Part shown: one piece after another, positions 21,172 to 30,100 of the stretch
How positions within the stretch are numbered: position 1 is the first letter of the stretch
How the letters are laid out: each line of letters begins with the position of its first letter
Source of the DNA: Nitrosopumilales archaeon
GTDB lineage: Archaea > Thermoproteota > Nitrososphaeria > Nitrososphaerales > Nitrososphaeraceae
Reading direction: 5' to 3'
Assembly (NCBI GenBank): GCA_044507735.1
Contig: JBIQJB010000004.1
Location: 1 to 32,982 of the forward strand
Length of the DNA: 32,982 nt
Made by a program: the position numbers and the translations under genes
Notes under the pieces: model-generated
What the model was told of the DNA's origin: nothing
The model's input: the letters and a program-made list of their open reading frames with translations, nothing else
Databases searched by the model: none

Positions 21172-21625
21172 CGTCAGATATGCCCACCATATTGATGATC
21201 TCAACCTGCTTGCGAAAGGTGTCGATGTCTTTGGCAGGAGATTTGAGGATTGGATACGGCCCCAGGGCCCCGATTATTCTGCCTTCTTTGGTGACACCAT
21301 TTTCGGCAAGCGCAAGTAGTGCCTGACCCGGACTGTGTCCCTTAACCTCCTTGCCGCAAAGGATTATCCGCTTCAATTCTGGGTGTTCCATAGTGAACCT
21401 TACGATAGCATCTATGCCCTTATTTTCCGATAAGAGCCTTCCCGCAATTGCGATTCTGTCCATGATTGCTTTTGATTCTGAAATTTCCTTCAAAAGATCA
21501 ATGCTCGACAGAGTACAAATGGCCAGCTCTTTTCCCCTTCCAACATAGTACTCATACTTTATCGGAAGGATTGCTTCACATATCTTGCCAGCTACATCGT
21601 CGAACCTTTTCTTGAACTTTGTCAT
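21140..21625 (-). CDS. MtrA-like corrinoid protein (tetrahydromethanopterin S-methyltransferase subunit A family, soluble)
   Basis: LAICTLSS, AIAGRL.SENKGIDAI, IILCGKEVKGHSPGQAL (His ligand), NGV..EGRIIGALG, FRKQVEIINM. No C-terminal anchor. Confidence 0.82.
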   Translation of the reverse strand: MTKFKKRFDDVAGKICEAILPIKYEYYVGRGKELAICTLSSIDLLKEISESKAIMDRIAIAGRLLSENKGIDAIVRFTMEHPELKRIILCGKEVKGHSPGQALLALAENGVTKEGRIIGALGPYPILKSPAKDIDTFRKQVEIINMVGISDVSSLRSACLG

Positions 21626-22029
21626 TTCAGTCCCCAGCTGACCTTGTTGGTTGGAATCACCTTGAGGAAGGGAGCTTCACCTTCGTGCCATGGATCTCTC
21701 CTCACCCACTCAAAGCGCTCGTGAAATATCTGATAGAGGCGGGCAAATTCGTTCCCTCTTTCGACCACTTCTGTTAGACCCTGTATGCAGACTGCCTTGT
21801 TTCCTCCAGAGTTATAGACGTCTACCACAAGAGCTATTCTGTTGTTCTCTTTGATGTTCTTGTACTTTCTGGTTTCATAGTCCGTCGCGATATAGAAAAC
21901 CTCACCGTCAAATACATATGACACTGGTACGACATGCGGCATGTTTTCATGGCATGTCGCAATCCGGCAAGCCTCGTTTTGAGTCAGAAAATCATTTTCT
22001 GCTTTGCTGAAAGTAACCTTGCCCAACAA
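21622..22029 (-). CDS. Pyridoxamine 5'-phosphate oxidase-like (FMN/F420-binding split barrel) protein
   Basis: CRIAT, PHVVPV, RKYKNIKENNRIALVVD, VCIQG, VSWG. Confidence 0.82.
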   Translation of the reverse strand: MLGKVTFSKAENDFLTQNEACRIATCHENMPHVVPVSYVFDGEVFYIATDYETRKYKNIKENNRIALVVDVYNSGGNKAVCIQGLTEVVERGNEFARLYQIFHERFEWVRRDPWHEGEAPFLKVIPTNKVSWGLK

Positions 22030-22236
22030 GAAGATGAGATATTTTCTAGTATTTATAGCAACAACACAGATGATTGAAAGGATCTCAACATAATTGAAAT
22101 TGCCACATCATCCAGGGCAAATACTTCTCGAGCAAGGTGCCTTCCTGCCGCAAGAATATTGTGAACGAGCAGATGGCATACCAACAAGGCGCAACCAGGT
22201 AAAGAACTCAAGCCGCGCATGACCCGTTAGTCTGGA

Positions 22237-22494
22237 CTATCCGGTTTCTGCCTTCTTGTCGGTTCTCCACCGGCTGAAACGGACCATGAAGACTCCTGCC
22301 GCAATTATCAAGAGAGAAATGGCAAGGTATGCCGGCTGCACTACTGCCGCAAGCTGTTCAGGTGCAGTCGAAGTGTAGGTGCAACTCTCATCGACTGTGC
22401 ACTCTTTGTTAACAGGAAACGCTAGCAGGACTGCTACAAAGACTACAAAGAGCGCTATTCCAACTGAAGAGACTATAGCTCCCGACTTTGCCAT
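22237..22494 (-). CDS. Small 2-TM membrane protein
   Basis: MAKSGAIVSSVGIALFVVF... with two TM helices and a Cys-pair loop. Start trimmed to ATG 22494. Confidence 0.6.
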   Translation of the reverse strand: MAKSGAIVSSVGIALFVVFVAVLLAFPVNKECTVDESCTYTSTAPEQLAAVVQPAYLAISLLIIAAGVFMVRFSRWRTDKKAETG

Positions 22495-22537
22495 TGCTTC
22501 CAGGGACAAACACAGATTGTTGACATCAGGCGCTTGA

Positions 22538-23134
22538 TTAAAGTTCCGAGGGGTCGATTGTGGCAAAGCGGAAAGAATCCTCCTTGTGCACCCGCCGGAA
22601 CTGGCTGTCAAAGTATAGGAACGGCTCGTCCTTGTACACATGGCGGTCCCAAAGGTCGTGTACTTTGCCAAAGTAGTCCTTCTTGGTCTTGCCCTTCATC
22701 CTAAGAAGCTCGTGCGCGAGAACATGTGACACTCGCGGGCAGTTCTTTTCCGCATAGAATGCATAGCGCTGCGTTTCGGACGAAACGTCATCCAGCCTCT
22801 GCCACCAAGTCACCCCTAGATTTTCAGCGGTATAACCTTCGGTGTTACAATCTGTCCAGAACGGCTTAAAGTATGCAAGGTAAAAGTGGTAAGTAAAAGA
22901 ACCTCGCTCAGAATGGTCCCTCATAAGATATGCAAGTGACATTCTGTCAAACACTTTGCCAGGAACAACGGGTAGTATGTCGGCGTCCACAGGTAGCTTG
23001 ATGTCGAAATAGCGTTGTGCCCACCACTTGAAGAAACGGGCCATTGATGAAACATAGTTCCAGTCTTCCTGCTGTCTCTGCTGCCACTCACTGGCCTTGG
23101 CGACATAGATGAAAAAGATCTTTTCTGGTTTCAC
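22538..23134 (-). CDS. Hypothetical protein with degenerate zincin-like motif
   Basis: Clean aromatic-rich ORF; SHVLAHELLR (HExxR). Confidence 0.65.
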   Translation of the reverse strand: MKPEKIFFIYVAKASEWQQRQQEDWNYVSSMARFFKWWAQRYFDIKLPVDADILPVVPGKVFDRMSLAYLMRDHSERGSFTYHFYLAYFKPFWTDCNTEGYTAENLGVTWWQRLDDVSSETQRYAFYAEKNCPRVSHVLAHELLRMKGKTKKDYFGKVHDLWDRHVYKDEPFLYFDSQFRRVHKEDSFRFATIDPSEL

Positions 23135-23140
23135 ATCGGC

Positions 23141-23341
23141 TCAGCCTTGGTGGAGCATATCATGGCGGCGATCGTGATGCTGATGGTGGCCACCGCAACT
23201 GCATGATTCTTCGCCGCTTCCAACCCAGCCGGCCCGTTCCGGTTGCGGATGAGCCTTACTCATGTGCTTCATCAACTTGTAATCCGAATCAAATCCCTCT
23301 CCGCAAATAGAGCAGTTTTGCAGTATCCGGAATTCCTTCAC
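23141..23341 (-). CDS. C2H2 zinc-finger microprotein with Cys/His-rich tail
   Basis: CSICGEGF....KLMKHMSKAH plus CSCGGHHQHHDRRH. Confidence 0.7.
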   Translation of the reverse strand: MKEFRILQNCSICGEGFDSDYKLMKHMSKAHPQPERAGWVGSGEESCSCGGHHQHHDRRHDMLHQG

Positions 23342-23376
23342 GTTACACGATTGGATTAAAAAGGCATTAAAACCTT
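23342..23376. promoter_or_regulatory. Compact bidirectional promoter
   Basis: A 35-nt gap between divergent genes holds two opposed TATA-like tracts (TTAAAAA on +, TTTTAA on -). Confidence 0.4.
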
Positions 23377-24237
23377 ATGACTACGATGGCTGCCGCATAC
23401 GATCCAATCAGGTACAAAATCAGCTCGATCCAGAACTGGAATTCGGTTGCCAAGAGCTACCATGGAGAGTGGGCCAGCAAACACAGAGGACCATTCAAAT
23501 CCACCGCTAAGCTAGTAGAGGCAGCTGACATCAGGCCATCAGACGTTGTCCTTGATGTTGCTTGTGGAACTGGAGCAGTATCGATGCAGGCTATGCTCCT
23601 TCTTGGAGACTCAGGTTTGCTCGTAGGAATTGACTTTTCAAGGGGCGCACTAGAGATCGCCAGGTCGTCGGTTCCGGTGGGCCATTTTTTCGAAATGGAC
23701 GCCGAACATATCGGGCTTGCCACTAGATTTGACAAGATATTATGTCAGTATGCCCTGATGTTCTTTCCAAACCCTGCAAGTGTGCTGCGGCAGCTCCATG
23801 ATCTGTTGAGAAAGGGAGGCAGGATAGCAATAGCCGTGCATGGAACATCAGAAGGTGTCCCATATTTCAGCACGGTTATGAACCCGGTGCTCCGCTACAT
23901 TCCCGATATTCGCCCCGCAGGGGCGCCAACTGTTCACCGCTTTGGCAACTCTGCTGATCTAAGAAAAGCTATTGCCGATGCGGGCTTTACTGACGTCTCC
24001 ATAGGGGAATTTACTTTCGACTACGAAGCTGGAACCTTTGAAGAGTACTGGTCGGACTACATGTCGACCACTGCATACTCTATACGCGCTGCAATCGAAG
24101 GAAAGCACCCTTCGGTGGTTGCACAGATAAAAGCAGAAGCAGAGCAAAATGCGAGACGCTTTGTCATGAACAATGACAACAAGATATGCTTCCCGTGGCA
24201 GGTGCTCATAGCAACTGCAGTACGTGCGGAAGACTGA
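23377..24237 (+). CDS. Class I SAM-dependent methyltransferase (UbiE-like)
   Basis: VLDVACGTG, GIDFS, EMDAE, FDKILCQYALMFF, LRKGGRI. Confidence 0.9.
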   Translation: MTTMAAAYDPIRYKISSIQNWNSVAKSYHGEWASKHRGPFKSTAKLVEAADIRPSDVVLDVACGTGAVSMQAMLLLGDSGLLVGIDFSRGALEIARSSVPVGHFFEMDAEHIGLATRFDKILCQYALMFFPNPASVLRQLHDLLRKGGRIAIAVHGTSEGVPYFSTVMNPVLRYIPDIRPAGAPTVHRFGNSADLRKAIADAGFTDVSIGEFTFDYEAGTFEEYWSDYMSTTAYSIRAAIEGKHPSVVAQIKAEAEQNARRFVMNNDNKICFPWQVLIATAVRAED

Positions 24238-24273
24238 TGTAGCCCATTTTCGGACTATCAAGCGTATATACAT

Positions 24274-24792
24274 ATGCAAGGCAGACAGAAAAGACAGGCA
24301 TTTCTTTACGCAGGAATTGGATTTGTAACCATAGGGATTGTTTCAATATTTTTGGTATACATTTTCGTGTATCAGCCGGCCGCCACAAACGAGAGAGCAA
24401 CGGAAAATCAGGAATTTAACCTCGAAGAGATCCATCGCGTCCCACTTGCAAGGCATGACCATGTCATGATGTCGTTATTGGTGAACGGGCAACCCACAGT
24501 GATTCCCGAAGGGGTCGGTATGATGTCGGATCTGTGGCACGATCACTCGCTTGACAGGTACGGGCCCTCAGGTATATCCCCTATGCACACCCATGATACT
24601 TCTGGAACAATCCATATCGAGTCAACAACACCAAGAGCATATACGGTGCGTGAATTCTTGAACGTCATGGGCCTCGATTCGAGCGCAGCGACGCGGATGA
24701 CAGTCAACGGTAATGAGGTCGAGAATTTTCTAGATCACGAGATGCAGAACGGCGAGAGGATCCAGTTAGAGATGACTATTGCTCCACAATAG
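24274..24792 (+). CDS. Membrane-anchored hypothetical protein with HDH...HTHD..G.IH.E putative metal site
   Basis: N-terminal TM; RHDH, IPEGVG, MHTHDTSGTIHIES; C-terminal VNG..V beta-grasp-like end. Confidence 0.7.
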   Translation: MQGRQKRQAFLYAGIGFVTIGIVSIFLVYIFVYQPAATNERATENQEFNLEEIHRVPLARHDHVMMSLLVNGQPTVIPEGVGMMSDLWHDHSLDRYGPSGISPMHTHDTSGTIHIESTTPRAYTVREFLNVMGLDSSAATRMTVNGNEVENFLDHEMQNGERIQLEMTIAPQ

Positions 24793-25078
24793 CATGCTTC
24801 CGGTTCTCTTTCCTTCTCGACTCCAGGTACATCCACATCAACGTTGTTAGCGTATAAGTTGGGATAAGATCTCCTATCACTGGTACGAGCTCTGCCATAT
24901 TAAGTAGCGTTGAGCGCTTGCTTCGAGTTATCGTATACAGCATACTTGTAATCATAACATCGAATATGTCGCCAACTAGAGGGATTCCAAATATCGGCGC
25001 CGCTACATAATCAACAGTGTCTGCCACAATGGAGATTGCAAGCGCCATAGATGCACGAAACTTGAAACTAGAACCCAA
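24776..25078 (-). CDS. Small hydrophobic hypothetical protein
   Basis: IPLVGDIFD / ELVPVIGDLIPTYT internal repeat; TATAAG about 28 nt upstream. Confidence 0.65.
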   Translation of the reverse strand: MGSSFKFRASMALAISIVADTVDYVAAPIFGIPLVGDIFDVMITSMLYTITRSKRSTLLNMAELVPVIGDLIPTYTLTTLMWMYLESRRKENRKHAIVEQ

Positions 25079-25633
25079 CGGTAGTAAATAATGTACACAT
25101 CATGACTTATAGAGCATTCAATCCATTGTTAAACAACCCTTCAGTTTGGTCAAAGTGCCTCGTTCGATGATTTGTTTCTTGACCTTTTCCCTCTTGTAAC
25201 GGCCTTTAGGGCATCTTGGATCTCTCGAATATGCATCACATACTTGTCGAGTGCATGCGCAAGAATCCATCATTCTATTGACATTTGTAAAAGTAAACTA
25301 AAGACGCTTGCGAATACATAATTCACAGTTATTCTTAGTTTCTAGTATTTTCCAGGTCATTTCTTCATTTGGTTCTACTGTCCAACCAACCCAGAAATCT
25401 ATTCATTCTTCCTTGAATTGGCCTACCTTCTATTGAATTAGGTCAATCCTTCTCATCGTTTCCAGCTATGAAGTGAAGTACGAGCCCCAAGGTCATTGCG
25501 CAATAAAGTAGAGTAAACATGCTACCCTATTGTTCATAATTGTTGGCTGTCGCCAGTGTTGCAACAACAAGTGCTATCCCAAACCCTCTAGAGTCTCGCC
25601 ATCAACTTAATGTTGATACTGGATCATATCAGC

Positions 25634-26545
25634 CTATTGCGGAGGAACGTGTTTTGTGATCTGGGCGTCCATCACAGAGCCAAACGTGCCGTCACGATCA
25701 TGTGATAATCCAGGTATTATGTCAAGTGAAGTCTTGAATCCAGCGCGGGTGTAATGATCATATCCTGCTTTTACACTGTATTTTCCGTCTCCAGTGTACG
25801 AGCGATCCTTGCTTCCAACATTCCAGTTCATGTGCACTGATGATTTAAACGATGGTGTATAAGCGACTTCTGGCATTTTTGGTGAACCCCCATACGAAAT
25901 TGCAACGACGACGCCGGACGTCATTGTGCGCTGGGCAGCACCAGAAGGCACCCACCATTCAGTGGCAAGCTGCGCACCGGATGAATATCCTCCGAAGGCA
26001 ATACGCCTTTTGTCAATCCTGTACTGTGACTCTATCTTTCTTACCAGACTCTCAGCCCATCTTGTATAGCCAGGCGGATCGCCCATATACCAGCAAGAAC
26101 CGTCCCCGTCAGCACAGCTCTTGTTTGGGGATAGAGGTGCGAGCAATACCATATTGTGTCTCTTTGCTACGCTGATCAGCCCGTTGTCACCGGCCAATAA
26201 GTATGAGCTTTTAGGATGCTTCAGACCATATTCGCCTGATCCGTCTGCATATATCAGGAGGCCAATTGGCTTTGTGCTATCAAGTCCGTCTGCATAGAGA
26301 AGATATGTTGAAGTATATCCGTTTGCGCTAAATGAGAAGCTTCCGCTAGCTGCTTTTCCATTATCTAGCGCAGCTTTACTCTTATTTTGTGCATTTACTC
26401 GCTCTGAAACGCTAGCGGATGGATTTGGAAGAATCCTTCCCCAGTCAACAAAGGATGCAAATGTCATGACTGCACCTGCGGCTGCAATCAATTTTAGAAA
26501 ATCGCGTCGCGATATTCTTCCCCCGGCTGGCGGCGTCTGCGCCAT
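25634..26545 (-). CDS. Tat-exported alpha/beta serine hydrolase (esterase/depolymerase-like)
   Basis: ISRRDFLK twin-arginine motif; nucleophile GYSSG; VGSKD (Asp); PGLSH (His). Start placed at ATG 26545 (MAQTPP); the ORF is open to 26596. Confidence 0.8.
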   Translation of the reverse strand: MAQTPPAGGRISRRDFLKLIAAAGAVMTFASFVDWGRILPNPSASVSERVNAQNKSKAALDNGKAASGSFSFSANGYTSTYLLYADGLDSTKPIGLLIYADGSGEYGLKHPKSSYLLAGDNGLISVAKRHNMVLLAPLSPNKSCADGDGSCWYMGDPPGYTRWAESLVRKIESQYRIDKRRIAFGGYSSGAQLATEWWVPSGAAQRTMTSGVVVAISYGGSPKMPEVAYTPSFKSSVHMNWNVGSKDRSYTGDGKYSVKAGYDHYTRAGFKTSLDIIPGLSHDRDGTFGSVMDAQITKHVPPQ

Positions 26546-27162
26546 GTTAAGAGAAAAGGATTCTTTGATAATATGAGTATCTGTCTTAGTTTCCACTAAA
26601 CGTCAAAAATCTGATATACGCGGTTGGTTTGCAAGATGTTAAGAAAAATTCCCGCCGCGGCAACAGAAAAACTCAGCATCCTCAAATCCAGAAGAGTTCA
26701 AGCAGCTTTAGGTATGATCATCCACGAAGGATTCCATTTGGAACTTGGTGTCAGACACACACAACAAGCCATCCCTAGATGCTGCAAAATATTGACTTCT
26801 TTCCCTTCATTTCTTCTGCTTAATCTAACAATAGAAATAGTCAGCAACCAGACCATAACCAACTAGCAGCCAATTCGAAAGTCATGCCAACATCTAGGAC
26901 AGAAAGGAGCACCCCAGAGTTCAAGTCACAAATAGGCCAATTGCCTAAAAATTGATGCATACATGGATATATTAGAAAGATTACTATGATCTGGAGAGCT
27001 CTAACATTCCTACCCAGCTTGGCTGCAATGGTGCAATGATGTTTCTCAGTGTAAAGTGATGATGTGAGAAGGCGTCACATAACTTTTAGATTTTATAGAT
27101 CACAGCGTATCCACCAGAATTCTTAATATTTTGAACAACACTGTCGTAAGCGTGGTCTCTCT

Positions 27163-30100
27163 TTGAAGACCGTCGTACACGAAAATGTGAGCGACGCATT
27201 GTGTTGGGTTCCTGATGAAAGGCTCAATCATCTTATCGAAGAAGCTTGCATCCGTTTTGCGGCGAATGATGCCGTGATTGGAAGTAACATCGTTTATAGC
27301 TATAGCGATCTTAATCGCCGTGCAAATCAGCTCGCCCGTCATTTACTCGCGCGCGGAGTCAAGTCCGGCGACCGAGTTGCGCTGATGCTTAATAGATCGC
27401 CAGAAACATACGTGGCGATGCTTGCGGTGATGAAAGTCAATGCGGCATATGTGCCGCTTGACGCAGGCTTTCCGAATGAACGCATCAGTTTCATCTTAGG
27501 AGATGCCAACGTTTCTGCCATCATATCAATGTCGAGTTTCGTCGAGCGCCTCTCCAGCCTCCAGCAAGAAGTCGACAAAATATTTCTGGATTTTGAGCGG
27601 CCAGCAATTGATTCACAGGCAGCAGACCCATTGACTGACATTGAGGAGCCAACAGAGCCGCTATGCTACATCATCTATACATCTGGCACCACTGGCAATC
27701 CCAAAGGTGTCGGCATCGGACACGCAAGCATTTGCAATTTTGTGCGTATAGCCAGTGAGCTTTATGGCTATGCGCCAGGCGATCGCGTTTATCAGGGAAT
27801 GACGATCGCGTTTGATTTCTCGGTCGAGGAGATCTGGGTGCCACTGATGGTGGGTGCAACACTCGTTCCGGGCCCGTCTGGCACGACCTTGATGGGTGAC
27901 GAACTTTCAGACTTTCTGCGGGAACGCCGCGTCACCGTGATGGCTTGTAGTCCGACGCTGCTCGCCACCATCGAACAAGATGTGCCCGAGCTGCGGATCC
28001 TCCTGGTCGGCGGCGAGGCTTGCCCGCAAAATCTCGTAGCCCGATGGTATCGCCCGGGTCGCCGCATTCTCAATACGTACGGTCCCACCGAGACGACGGT
28101 CACGGCGACAATGACCGAGCTGCGGCCAGACAAGCCAGTCACGATAGGCATGCCGCTGCCGACCTATACAGTCGTCATCCTAGATCCTCAAGAAGAAAAG
28201 ACCGTTCCGATTGGCGAGCCCGGTGAAATCGGTATCGCGGGCATTGGACTAGCACTTGGTTACATCAATCGCGATGACTTGACGAAACAGAAGTTCATCC
28301 GTGATTTCCTGCATATCAAGAACAACCCTTCGGGCCGGATTTATCGCACCGGAGATCTTGGCCGGATCCAAGAGAACGGTGAGATCGAATACCTCGGCAG
28401 GATCGACACTCAGGTAAAGATCCGCGGCTATCGCATCGAGCTCAAAGAAATCGAAGCAGTGCTACTCAACCTACCCCAGATCGCTCAGGCAGCCGTGACG
28501 ACATTCGAGGCCGAGGAGGGCGTCGTCGAAATTGTCGCCTATTATGCTCTCAAGCAGGGGGCTACCGAGCTGCCACCTAGCGAGATTTCGCAGGCGCTGC
28601 GCAGCAAGCTTCCCGCCTACATGGTGCCTGCCTTCCTCGAACGGGTCGACGCCATACCAATGACACTGAGCAACAAAACTGACTACAAGAGGCTGCCAAA
28701 GCCGGAGCAGTTGCAGCGTGTTTCTGTCGCCGCGCAGAAATATGTTCCGCCGAAAACCGACCGCGAGCGTATGCTCCATGCCGCGCTTACTGGGGTAATT
28801 CGCGCCGAACGTGTCTCGACGGAGGCACACTTCTTTGATGATCTAGGTGCTAATTCGCTATTGATGGCACGTGTCTGTGCTGCAATTCGCAAGAATCCGG
28901 GCATGTCAAACGTTTCGATGCGCGACATCTATACGCATCCAACGATCGCCAAGCTCGCACGTCATCTCGATTCGTCATCTGTCGGCACACCTGTAACTAC
29001 GACCAAACCTGAACCATTTCACACTCCGTCGACTCTGTCATACGTCTCATGTGGTGCTCTGCAGATCGGATTCCTGGCGGCATACATGCTTTTCAACCTC
29101 TGGATCCTTCGGAGCGGAGCCCTATGGGCACTTGCTTCTAACGGCCCGATGGAGCTTTACGCGCGCAGCGTCGCTTTCGGCGTTGGCGAGTTTGCCGTAC
29201 TGTTCGCACTTCCCATAGCGGCTAAATGGCTGTTAATTGGCCGCTTCAAGACACAATCATTCCCTATCTGGAGTTTTTCATATTTCCGTTTCTGGGTCGT
29301 CAAATTCATGATGCGCACATCGCCAGCAGCTGTGTTTGTCGGTACTCCACTCTACAATATCTATTTGCGCATGATGGGCGCGAAAATCGGCCGCAATGTA
29401 ATCCTGAACTGGCGGTCCGCGCCGGTCTGTACCGACCTCGTGACGATTGGTGACAACACTATTGTACGCAAGAACACCATCCTGCTCGGGTACCGTGCGC
29501 AGTCAAACTTCATCCATACGGGCCCGGTGACGATCGGCAGCAACGCGTTCATCGGAGAAGCGAGTGTGCTCGACATCAACACTACAATGGGCGACAACAC
29601 GCAGCTCGGTCATGTCTCGTCGCTGCAGAGCGGCCAGCGCGTGCCGGATGGCAAGCGCTACCATGGCTCGCCGGCTATCGAGACGTCTACCAATTATTGC
29701 CCGATCGATGGCAGGAACGGCGTTGCGTTCCGAGGTGCCCTTTATGTGTCATTCATCCTTGGGACACTGCTCTTGATCGTGGCACCTGTGATGATGTTTC
29801 TGATCTACACCGTCTGGTATTGGTATTGTCCGTCACCTCTAACCTCTCTGAATTGTCCGGCGATCTCTTCCTTGTCTGTTCCCTTGCTGCTCGCCCTCTC
29901 GGCAGCGGTGTTCTTCGGCGCGCTCGGCCTCTCGCTGGCGGCCATGTATATCATCCCGCGTCTCTTCATGATGGCGCTGCGGCCCGGTGTGACCTATACC
30001 CTTTTCGGCTTCCATTACCTGCTGCAAAACATCATCCGGGGCAGCAGCAACTCAGAGTTCTTCTGCACTCTGTTCGGCGATTCATCAGCCATAGTGACGT

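Noticed and set aside
21140-21625. Evidence for methanogenesis
   Set aside because: A lone soluble MtrA-like domain without the other mtr subunits or mcr genes.
25080-25630. Gene or ncRNA in the long gap before the hydrolase
   Set aside because: Only short stop-interrupted frames and no convincing structure.
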